A program made the position numbers and the translations under genes. The notes below the pieces were generated by a model. The model was not told the origin of the DNA, did not search any database, and was given only the letters and a program-made list of their open reading frames with translations. From contig OY970218.1 of the NCBI GenBank assembly GCA_963713975.1, forward strand, positions 2,080,001 to 2,144,000: DNA of 64,000 nucleotides. The letters are read 5' to 3'. The stretch comes from an uncultured Chloroflexia bacterium (GTDB taxonomy: Bacteria; Chloroflexota; Limnocylindria; Limnocylindrales; CSP1-4). Shown piece by piece: positions 28,512 through 36,140 of this stretch (position 1 is the first letter of the stretch; every line of letters begins with the position of its first letter).

Positions 28512-29546
28512 CTACGTGCCGTTGCTCACGCCCCAGCGAAACCCTTCCTGCTCGACACGGTCGAGGAACTCTGACGTGGGGATGGGTAGGAGGCTGATGA
28601 GCGTGGTCGCAAGGTCCACGGCATCGGCGAGTGGGCGCTCGTTACCAGCGGGTCCCGTGTGGAACACGAGCGCATCCAGCCCGGCCATGTCTGCCGCGAC
28701 GAGCTGCAGAAGCGCCATGAGAACCCGGTTGCCACCGAACGCTCCGCAACCCCAGAAGCCCGTGTGGACCACGGTCGCCCTTCCCGGCCCCGTCCTCCGG
28801 GTCTCCAGGACCGCAGCCCGGAGCCCCGTGTAGGCGGTGACCAGCGTCCTCTCGATCTCCTCGCGCCGATAGACGCCCCGCCCGCCCGAGGGCGCCACCA
28901 TCGCGATGAGGTTGGTGATCGACGGCGGCTCGATCCTCTCGACCGCAGCCCGGATCACGTCGGGATCGGCCCTCGCAAACTGGTTGCCGTAGAGGCCGTG
29001 GTGACGGCCGGCGGCCGCATCGGGATCGGTCGCGATCGACACCCGCCGCTCGACACCGGACACCAGGACCGGCGTCGGTCCGGCATCGCCCCCGGTTCGC
29101 GAGTCCAACCCGGCCGCGTCGAGCGCCTGCTTCAGCGCGGCCAGCACGGGGTGTTCGGCAACCTGCATCTCATCCTGGGCGAACAGTGAGCCCGCGTAGG
29201 CGACGAACAGGTGGCGATCGGCGAAGTTGACGTGCCACTCGGTGGCGTGCTCCTCCACCGGGACCGGCCGGTAGTCGTAGTAGCCGGGGCGGGGAACCAG
29301 CAGGTCGCGTCCGATGGGAGCGATCGACGGCGGTGGGTCCATCGCGGACCATCGTGAGAAGCCGACCGTGCCGTGGAACGTGGCGTCGGGTGGACACGCG
29401 ATCTCGAGGACGAGCTGCTTGTTCGCAGAGTGGAGACGCGGCCGCTGGCCGCGCATCAAGTCCGCCGCGTCGAACTCGCGCCGGAGGATCGGGCTCACGT
29501 CGTCGATGGGATCCGGTTGCAGGTCACGGAACAAGTGCCCCGGCAT
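28512..29546 (-). CDS. PARG-like (poly(ADP-ribose) glycohydrolase) macrodomain protein
   Basis: HVNFAD...FAQDEMQVAEHP (compare canonical VDFAN...QEEI...PE) and HTGFWGCGAFGGN (compare ATGNWGCGAFGGD). Confidence 0.75.
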   Translation of the reverse strand: MPGHLFRDLQPDPIDDVSPILRREFDAADLMRGQRPRLHSANKQLVLEIACPPDATFHGTVGFSRWSAMDPPPSIAPIGRDLLVPRPGYYDYRPVPVEEHATEWHVNFADRHLFVAYAGSLFAQDEMQVAEHPVLAALKQALDAAGLDSRTGGDAGPTPVLVSGVERRVSIATDPDAAAGRHHGLYGNQFARADPDVIRAAVERIEPPSITNLIAMVAPSGGRGVYRREEIERTLVTAYTGLRAAVLETRRTGPGRATVVHTGFWGCGAFGGNRVLMALLQLVAADMAGLDALVFHTGPAGNERPLADAVDLATTLISLLPIPTSEFLDRVEQEGFRWGVSNGT

Positions 29547-29548
29547 GG

Positions 29549-29755
29549 TCACTGAGCTGCGACATCTCTCTGGAGGAACGCCACCACTTGCGGGGGGACG
29601 TCCTTGCACTCGCTCAAGGGCACCTCGCCCGCCCTGATCGCGTCCACGGCGGTCTGCCAGAAGTTGGAGAACTTCCAGATCACCCCGGAGCGCAGCATCC
29701 GTGCCCGCGTGGCGGGGTCATCCAGGCTGACCCGGAGGAACCGTGGGTCACTCAC
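29549..29755 (-). CDS. Small hypothetical protein (68 aa)
   Basis: GTG start overlaps the upstream stop (GTGA); stop lies 2 nt before the PARG-like start. Confidence 0.55.
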   Translation of the reverse strand: MSDPRFLRVSLDDPATRARMLRSGVIWKFSNFWQTAVDAIRAGEVPLSECKDVPPQVVAFLQRDVAAQ

Positions 29756-29946
29756 TTCCAGTCCCGCACCATGCCGACGAGCAGAACGAGGCACCAGAGC
29801 CCGAGGCCGTAGAAGGTCGCCTGATAGAGCAGTGGTGCTAGCCAATCCTCATTTGGCATCACGACGGTTAGGAGGAAGACGGCTACGCCGATCCCGATGA
29901 GGGGGATGGCCGAAAGGGCGCCCAGCCCATAGAGGAGGGTTCTCAT
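29752..29946 (-). CDS. Small two-TM membrane protein (64 aa)
   Basis: Two hydrophobic helices; TACCGT 6 nt upstream of ATG. Confidence 0.6.
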   Translation of the reverse strand: MRTLLYGLGALSAIPLIGIGVAVFLLTVVMPNEDWLAPLLYQATFYGLGLWCLVLLVGMVRDWK

Positions 29947-29949
29947 GCC

Positions 29950-30273
29950 TCAACGGTATTCCGTGATGCAAGCCGCGGGTTCCGAAGGACGTGGGACGGA
30001 GCCGGGATCACCGGCACAACCACCGGAGCGGGGACCTGAATGGTGTGGCCCGTCAGGGGGGTGGGCTCGTGACAGGTCGCCGAGCCAGGTGCGCAGCGGC
30101 GGCCCGATCGTGATCCGCTCGTGCACAGCGAGCCACGCGAGCTCCCACCCCGACACGGCGGCCAGCGCGACCTCGTCGGCGGACTCGATCTCCCGCATGG
30201 CCCGGCGCGACAGCCGGTCCGGCGAGACCGACCACCAGAGCAGCGCGTGGGTGTCCACGAGCAGCGTGGTCAT
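29950..30273 (-). pseudogene. Truncated PIN/VapC toxin
   Basis: LLVDTHALLWW...SGWEL N-terminal PIN half; similarity is lost after LRTWLGDLSR, there is no DP.DR motif and no antitoxin gene. Confidence 0.7.
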
Positions 30274-30323
30274 GCGAGGTCGTCCGGCTCCCCGCTTGCC
30301 CACGCGACGCCGGTCGTGATCAG

Positions 30324-30863
30324 TCAGACCTTCCCTGGCGCGCACGCTTGGCGGAATGCGCGGAACCAGTCAAGGCGCGTCGCCTTTCCCTCGAGAACGG
30401 CCGGGTCCCGGTTGGACCCTGATGGGCTGGGCAGCACGAATACACGTGAGCCGGCGATGCTCCAGCCCTGGAGGCCGAGCGAGACGACACGTCCGTGCCC
30501 CAGGTTGCGCGAGACGATGGCCGCGGCACCCTTGCTCGTGAACGCCACCCACGTTGGCTGGTTGCCCTCGACCTTGTCAGCGAACGCGGGGACATCGAAG
30601 TCGGACCCCGACAGCACGTTGTCGTTGCCTGAACGGCCCTTGGCGATGTCGGTGAGGCCAAAGCCGTAGTTGAGAATCTCAGCGTCTCGGTCGGAACCGA
30701 GGAACTCGGGCAAGAGGCGCGAGTCGAATAGAAGTTCCCAGAACTCGTTGCCCGGACCAGCGTAGTAGTGGCCCCGTCGCGCGGACGCTTCGCCGACGGC
30801 CGTGCCCACGAAGATAGCCCTGAGGCCGGGCCCGAGGTAATCGGGCAGGACGTGCGGCTTCAC
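30324..30863 (-). CDS. Mismatch-specific uracil-DNA glycosylase (MUG/TDG family)
   Basis: LPDYL.PGL, GHYYAGPGNEFW, GLTD, FVLPSPSGSN. The usual GINPG motif reads GTAVG here. Confidence 0.85.
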   Translation of the reverse strand: MKPHVLPDYLGPGLRAIFVGTAVGEASARRGHYYAGPGNEFWELLFDSRLLPEFLGSDRDAEILNYGFGLTDIAKGRSGNDNVLSGSDFDVPAFADKVEGNQPTWVAFTSKGAAAIVSRNLGHGRVVSLGLQGWSIAGSRVFVLPSPSGSNRDPAVLEGKATRLDWFRAFRQACAPGKV

Positions 30864-30953
30864 CTCGTCGCCCCCCAAGATTCCAGCCACATCACCCGAC
30901 CTCCCGTCCCGTTGGGCAATCTCTCGACGCATCGCACGGCATCTGCACAGCTC

Positions 30954-31007
30954 TTGACATGATGCGTACTATTCTGCACCATGCGTCATGTGCACTATTC
31001 TGCACAT
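30954..31007 (+). promoter_or_regulatory. hipBA promoter/operator region
   Basis: TTGACA-N17-CACCAT; ACTATTCTGCAC present twice; palindrome ATGTGCA-N6-TGCACAT at 30988-31007. Confidence 0.65.
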
Positions 31008-31031
31008 CACGGATTGAGCAGGAATCTTCCC

Positions 31032-31310
31032 ATGGCGACGACAACGATTGCATCCATCGCGGCGGCGGCACGGGCACGGCGCAGGGAGCTGGGGCTGACG
31101 CAGGCTGAGCTCGCGACACGCCTCGGCATGTCGCGACGCTGGATTGCCGAGTTCGAGCACGGGAGCGGTGGCGCCAGCCTTGGGAGCGCGCTGCGCCTCC
31201 TCGCCGAGCTCGGGCTCGACCTGGAGCTGGGCGGGCCCGGGTCCGCCGTCACGACGCAGCACGACGATGGCATCGACCTCGACGAGATCATCGAGGAGCA
31301 TCGCGGATGA
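31032..31310 (+). CDS. hipB: HipB-like XRE/HTH antitoxin
   Basis: RRRELGLTQAELA.RLGMSRRWI..FE.G; ATGA overlap with hipA. Confidence 0.85.
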   Translation: MATTTIASIAAAARARRRELGLTQAELATRLGMSRRWIAEFEHGSGGASLGSALRLLAELGLDLELGGPGSAVTTQHDDGIDLDEIIEEHRG

Positions 31311-32617
31311 GCGAGGTCCTGGCGGTCATCGTCAACGGAGTGCGGGCCGGAACACTGACGCGATTGGCCGGCCGGCGCCTGCGCTTCGCCTACGACGAGG
31401 CCTACCGCTCAACGCCAGGGGCGACGCCTCTCTCGGTCTCGCTGCCACTCGTTGAGCCCGAGCACTCCGAGGGGTCTGTCCGACCGTGGATCGCGGGGCT
31501 CCTGCCCGACAACCCGCAGGTGGTGCAGCGGTGGGCCCGCGAGTTCGGCCTCACGACGACTGACCCCTTCGTCCTGCTGGGCACCCCCGTTGGAGAGGAC
31601 TGCGCCGGCGCGGTGCAGTTCGTGCGGCTCGACCGCCTCGACGCCCTCGAGTCGGATCCCGGCTCGGTTGCATGGCTCTCCGAGACGGACGTGGAGGCAC
31701 GGCTCCGGACCCTGCGAACCGATCCGACCGCATGGCTCGGCGATGACGCGGCGGCACGGCGGGGGACGGCCGGGCAGTTCAGCCTGGCCGGCCGGCAGCG
31801 GAAGACCGCCCTGCTGTTCGAAGACGGGCGCTGGGGAGTCCCATTCGGTCGTATCCCCACCACCCACATCCTGAAGCCCCCGATCGAGCGACTCGACGAC
31901 GTCCGCCTCTACGACCAGGAGATCAACGAGCATCTGTGCCTCGCGGGGGCCCGCCGCGCGGGCCTCGTGGCGGCCGAGTCCAAGGTTGTGGCCTTCGGGG
32001 AGGAGCGCGCGATTGTCCTCACGCGGTACGACCGTCGGCGGGTCGGGGGGCGCTGGATTCGCGTCCACCAGGAGGACCTCTGCCAGTCGTTCGGCGTCAT
32101 GCCGGACAAGAAGTACGAGGCTGACGGAGGGCCCGGCATTCAGCGCATCGCCAAGTTGCTCCGCGTGGTGATGCCCCCGAGGGTGGCCGAAGATTCGGTG
32201 TGGAGGTTCGCCGACGCGCTCGCGTGGAACTGGGCCCTGGGCGGCAGCGACGCGCACGCCAAGAACTACTCGTTGCTGCTGGCGGGGGAGAACGTGCGCC
32301 TCGCGCCCCTCTACGACATCACGTCGTCCCTCGCCTACTGGCGCGAACACGACGTCTCGATCGCGATGAGGCTCGACGACGGCTACCGCCTCTTCGCCTA
32401 CCGCGACCCGTGGCCAGCCGCCGCTGCCGCTCTCGCTGTCGATGAGGACCGACTCCACGACCGCGTCGTCTCGCTCCTGGAGCGGGCCCCAGAGGCCCTC
32501 TCGGATGCCGCGTCGCAGGAGGGGATCGCAGCGCTACGAAGCAAGCTCCCGGGCCGCCTCATCAAAGCGGTGGCCGTCCGCTCCGAACGGTGTCTCAGGC
32601 AGATGGGAGCGCGGTAG
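31307..32617 (+). CDS. hipA: HipA family Ser/Thr kinase toxin
   Basis: LSVSLPL, GLLPDN, FSLAGRQRK, TTHILKP, NEH, RYDR, HQED.CQ, DAHAKNYS, LAPLYD. Confidence 0.93.
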   Translation: MSEVLAVIVNGVRAGTLTRLAGRRLRFAYDEAYRSTPGATPLSVSLPLVEPEHSEGSVRPWIAGLLPDNPQVVQRWAREFGLTTTDPFVLLGTPVGEDCAGAVQFVRLDRLDALESDPGSVAWLSETDVEARLRTLRTDPTAWLGDDAAARRGTAGQFSLAGRQRKTALLFEDGRWGVPFGRIPTTHILKPPIERLDDVRLYDQEINEHLCLAGARRAGLVAAESKVVAFGEERAIVLTRYDRRRVGGRWIRVHQEDLCQSFGVMPDKKYEADGGPGIQRIAKLLRVVMPPRVAEDSVWRFADALAWNWALGGSDAHAKNYSLLLAGENVRLAPLYDITSSLAYWREHDVSIAMRLDDGYRLFAYRDPWPAAAAALAVDEDRLHDRVVSLLERAPEALSDAASQEGIAALRSKLPGRLIKAVAVRSERCLRQMGAR

Positions 32618-32790
32618 GGGGGCGGCGGGGTCCTTCTGGCGCCGATCTGACCTCGGGCTAGATGACAGCGGCGACCCTCCCAGGGCGTCGTGACGCAAGA
32701 GGTGAAGCACGGCTCATCGCCGACCGGCAAACTGCAGTTCTGAGTCCACCTAGTGGGGGGAGCAGTGCCTGTGAAGACCATCTACGTTTC

Positions 32791-32819
32791 TTGACCCGCC
32801 CGCTGCATACAGCTATACA
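32791..32819 (+). promoter_or_regulatory. Promoter of vapBC-1
   Basis: TTGACC-N17-TATACA with ATACAG repeated; ATG 6 nt downstream. Confidence 0.65.
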
Positions 32820-32825
32820 GGAAAC

Positions 32826-33089
32826 ATGAAAGCAACCATCGATGTCCCCGATGCGCTCTATCGACAGGTGAAGGCCCGCGCCGCCCTGCAAGGCCGTACC
32901 GTCCGCGAGGTCACGATCGAGCTCTACGAGAGCTGGCTGGGTGGTCGCGAGGCTCCGGGATCGGACGTGGAGAAGCCACTCTCGGGCCCGGAGTGGCTTG
33001 CCCGCTGGGAGGAGCTCGGTGCGGAGACTGCCCGGAAGGCCATCGACCCACGTCCGACGAGCGAGATCATCATCACTGCACGGCGCTAG
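32826..33089 (+). CDS. RHH antitoxin (VapB-like)
   Basis: MKATIDVPDALYRQVKARAALQGRTV ribbon-helix-helix pattern, coupled to a PIN gene. Confidence 0.85.
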   Translation: MKATIDVPDALYRQVKARAALQGRTVREVTIELYESWLGGREAPGSDVEKPLSGPEWLARWEELGAETARKAIDPRPTSEIIITARR

Positions 33090-33520
33090 TGCTGACCATC
33101 GACGCGTCGGTGCTCGTCGCAGCCGGCGCCACCGACGAAGGCGCTCACGCGCCGGCTCGAGCGTTCCTTGAGCGAGTGCTAACCGTGGGACAGGCAATCC
33201 ACGAGCCAGTCCTGGTGATTGTCGAGGTGACCGCGGGGATCGCGCGCCGGACCGGTGACCCTGCTCATGCCCGGGCCATGGGCCTCCAGGTGCTGGAACT
33301 GCCCGGGGTCGTCCTCCATGACTTCGACACCGATGCGGCGCTGGTCGCGGCCGGGCTCGCGAGCGATCTGCGCCTCCGGGCTGCCGACGCCGTGTACGCC
33401 GCCACCGCGCTGGTGCACGGCACGATGCTGGTCACCCTGGATGTGGAGTTGGCAACGCGCGCCGCCGCCGTCATCCCGACCTGCACGCCGGCCGAGTGGC
33501 TGGCGCGCCAGGGCGGATAG
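33089..33520 (+). CDS. PIN domain toxin (VapC-like)
   Basis: TIDASVLV, VEV, LRAADAVYAATA, LVTLD. Confidence 0.88.
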   Translation: MLTIDASVLVAAGATDEGAHAPARAFLERVLTVGQAIHEPVLVIVEVTAGIARRTGDPAHARAMGLQVLELPGVVLHDFDTDAALVAAGLASDLRLRAADAVYAATALVHGTMLVTLDVELATRAAAVIPTCTPAEWLARQGG

Positions 33521-33554
33521 CGGCCACCACCTCGACCGGCCGGTCAGCCTGGTC

Positions 33555-34097
33555 CTACGCGTCGCCCCGGAGCCGCGAGTACGCCACGCAGTCCACGGGC
33601 ACGCCGTCGTGGTGCAGGTCCCATGCCCGGAGCACGCCTTCACGCTGGAAGCCGGCACGCTCGACCATCCGCTCGGACGGCTCGTTGCCGATCATGATGA
33701 ACGAGTCGATCCGGATCACCGCGGTCGTGGCGAAGGTCCAGTCGGTCACCAGCCGCAGCGCCCGCGCCCCCACACCACGACCCCGGGCCTCGGGTGCGAG
33801 CCACAGGCCGAGGGTCGCCTGGTGACCGTCGGGCCCGAACCGGGTCACGGCGCCCAGGATCCGCTCGCTCGCAGCATCGACGATCGCGAAGGCCGCACCC
33901 GTCCCGTTCCCCCACATCGCCAGCGCATGGTCGATGAAGGCGTTGGCATCGGGGGGCAGGAATGGCTGCGGAATGGCCACCCAGCGGGCGATGTCCGGGT
34001 CCTGGCAGATGGCGAGGACGGCGGGCGCGTCGGTGCGCCGCCACGGCCGCAGGACGAGCTCGTCCACGGTGAGGGTCGTATCCGGCTCGTCGTCCAC
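33555..34097 (-). CDS. GNAT N-acetyltransferase (RimJ/RimL-like)
   Basis: LVLRPW, GLWLAPEARGRGVG, N.PS.RMVERAGFQREG. Confidence 0.9.
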   Translation of the reverse strand: MDDEPDTTLTVDELVLRPWRRTDAPAVLAICQDPDIARWVAIPQPFLPPDANAFIDHALAMWGNGTGAAFAIVDAASERILGAVTRFGPDGHQATLGLWLAPEARGRGVGARALRLVTDWTFATTAVIRIDSFIMIGNEPSERMVERAGFQREGVLRAWDLHHDGVPVDCVAYSRLRGDA

Positions 34098-34152
34098 CGG
34101 ACCATTCTCGCCGGTCTGTGACCGCCCGACCACGGCGGACAGCGGGGAGGAT

Positions 34153-34174
34153 ATGGCACCACCGGTGGTACCAT
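34153..34174. promoter_or_regulatory. Palindromic operator upstream of vapBC-2
   Basis: ATGGCACCAC-CG-GTGGTACCAT, overlapping the TACCAT -10-like hexamer. Confidence 0.65.
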
Positions 34175-34180
34175 CCGCAC

Positions 34181-34396
34181 ATGGACAAGACCACGGTGTA
34201 CCTGCCGGTCGAGCTCAAGACCGCGCTCCGCCGCGTGGCGCTGGAGCGCGGCGTGTCCGAGGCGGAGGTCATCCGCGAGTCGATCCGCCAGGCCGTCGCC
34301 GGCGTGCGCCCGCGGCCCCGGTCCGGCCTGTTCGCGGGGGCGGAACCCGTCGCCCGTGACGCGGACGCCCACCTGGCGGGCTTCGGCGACCGGTGA
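34181..34396 (+). CDS. CopG/RHH antitoxin
   Basis: MDKTTVYLP.ELK.AL...A...GVSEAEVIRE; GTGA overlap with the PIN gene. Confidence 0.88.
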   Translation: MDKTTVYLPVELKTALRRVALERGVSEAEVIRESIRQAVAGVRPRPRSGLFAGAEPVARDADAHLAGFGDR

Positions 34397-34830
34397 TCGT
34401 CGACACGAGCGCCCTCCTTGCCTTCTTCGACCGCAACGAGCCCGATCACGACGCGGTGGCCCGGGAGCTGCTGGCCGCCGACGAGCCGCTGGTGGTGCCT
34501 CCCTACGTGCTCGCCGAGCTGGACTACCTCGTGGCAACGCGCCACGGGACGGCGGCCGAGCTGGACGTGATCGCCGAGCTCGCCGGTGGCGCCTGGGACC
34601 TGCCCGGCTTCGATGCGGCGGACCTCGCGGCCGCGCACCGGGTGATCGCGCAATACGCGGACCAGGCCATCGGGCTCGCCGACGCCTCGATCGTCGTGCT
34701 GGCAGACCGCCTGGGGACGCGGACCGTGGCCACGCTGGACCACCGCCACTTCGAGGTGCTTCGCCCGCTGTCGGGCGGCAGGTTCACGCTCGTCCCCTGG
34801 TCATCGACGACGCGCGGGCCCACGACCTGA
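34393..34830 (+). CDS. PIN domain toxin (VapC-like)
   Basis: IVDTSALLA, AELDYL, GLADASIV, ATLDHRHF. Confidence 0.9.
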   Translation: MIVDTSALLAFFDRNEPDHDAVARELLAADEPLVVPPYVLAELDYLVATRHGTAAELDVIAELAGGAWDLPGFDAADLAAAHRVIAQYADQAIGLADASIVVLADRLGTRTVATLDHRHFEVLRPLSGGRFTLVPWSSTTRGPTT

Positions 34831-34946
34831 CCGCCTACGACGCCGCGTACCTGGGGCTCGCCGCATTCCGGGGCCTGCCCCTCGCGACCGTCGACGAGCG
34901 GCTCCGGGCAGCGTGTGCCGATGCCGGGGTCGTGCTGCTCGCATGA
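34797..34946 (+). pseudogene. C-terminal fragment of a further PIN/VapC gene
   Basis: ARAHDLTAYDAAYLGLA...GLPLATVDERLRAAC...GV, in a different frame overlapping the preceding VapC end; no N-terminus. Confidence 0.7.
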
Positions 34947-35026
34947 CGTCCCAGCCCCCGACGGGATCGGTGGGCGTGGCCCTCCCACGGGCTTCGTCCC
35001 CGCAACGATCGCGACACCCTCGACCC

Positions 35027-35938
35027 TCAGGCGGACGTCCCCACCGGCACGGGTGAGGCTCCGCCGATCCCGTTCGCCGCGGTGAACCCGGCAAGGCGCT
35101 GCGCCCACGCGGCGATCATCGGGGCGGCGAAGTGGGTGGGATCCCAGGCTGCGAAGAGCACGAACCGGAGGTCGCGCCCACCGACGTCGATGGCGAGGCT
35201 CCGCAGGCCGTAGCGCGCGTCGTCCGAGACGACCGCCACCCCCAGTCCACCGGCAGCGAGCGTCTGGACGACCTCCGACAGCCCCGCCTCGGCGACCGTC
35301 CGGTACGTGAGGCCGGCGCTGTTCACTGCGGTGTCGAACAGCCGTCGCGTGCCCGTGTCGGGGGTCAGCAGCACGAGCGGCTCGGTCACGAGGTCGTCGA
35401 GCCCGATCCGCTCGCGGCCGGCGAGCCGATGGCCCGATGGCACCTGTGCCCAGACGCCGAACTCGCCGATCCCGCACGATGCGAGCTCCCCCGGCGCCGG
35501 CCCGAACGCGACGCCGAGATCCGCATCGCCGGAGAGGACAGTCTTGAACACGCCGAACGACGGTGACTCGAGCACCGTCACCTTCAGCGCGTCCTCGCCG
35601 AGCGTCGCGAGGTACGGCCCGATGACGTCGGCGACGGTCACATGCGGAGCGACGACGGTCAGGCTCACGGACCGCGTGGCGAGCGGCTCGCGCATCGCGG
35701 CGACGGCCAGGTCTGAGCGGGCAACGAGGTCGCGGGCATAGGGGAGGAACCGCCGCCCGGCGGGGGACAGCCTCAGGCGGCCGCCAACCCGGTCGAACAG
35801 GCGCAGGCCGAGCTCGTCCTCCAGGCCGTGGAGCTGGCGCGACAGCGACGGCTGGGCCACGCTCACGGCGGTGGCAGCGCGGGTGATCGAGCCCTCGTCC
35901 ACGACGGCGAGGAAGTACCGCACGACCCGAAGCTCCAT
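35027..35938 (-). CDS. LysR family transcriptional regulator
   Basis: MELR..RYFLAVVDEGSITRAA....VAQPSLSRQL..LE.ELG..LF.R; divergent from the ABC operon. Confidence 0.93.
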   Translation of the reverse strand: MELRVVRYFLAVVDEGSITRAATAVSVAQPSLSRQLHGLEDELGLRLFDRVGGRLRLSPAGRRFLPYARDLVARSDLAVAAMREPLATRSVSLTVVAPHVTVADVIGPYLATLGEDALKVTVLESPSFGVFKTVLSGDADLGVAFGPAPGELASCGIGEFGVWAQVPSGHRLAGRERIGLDDLVTEPLVLLTPDTGTRRLFDTAVNSAGLTYRTVAEAGLSEVVQTLAAGGLGVAVVSDDARYGLRSLAIDVGGRDLRFVLFAAWDPTHFAAPMIAAWAQRLAGFTAANGIGGASPVPVGTSA

Positions 35939-36140
35939 CGCATCCTCCAACGACACCGCCGCCGCGCCCGATGCCAGGCGCTGCCCTTCGTCAACCCATG
36001 CCTCGCAGGCATGTGAATCGGCTGATGCAAGTATTGGACGGCGGGTGGCACATCGGCAAGACTCCGCCCATGTCCGCGTCTCAAGGCGTGGTCTCGCGGC
36101 GGCCGCGACCGTCGCGCTCACCGATCAGGAGGAGGATCCG

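Noticed and set aside
28090-30900. Integron cassette array
   Set aside because: The genes are short and mostly co-oriented, but I found no recurring RYYYAAC...GTTRRRY attC structure and no intI.
33555-34396. GNAT-RHH toxin-antitoxin pair
   Set aside because: The genes are divergent, the GNAT is RimJ/RimL-like, and the RHH gene is coupled to the PIN gene instead.
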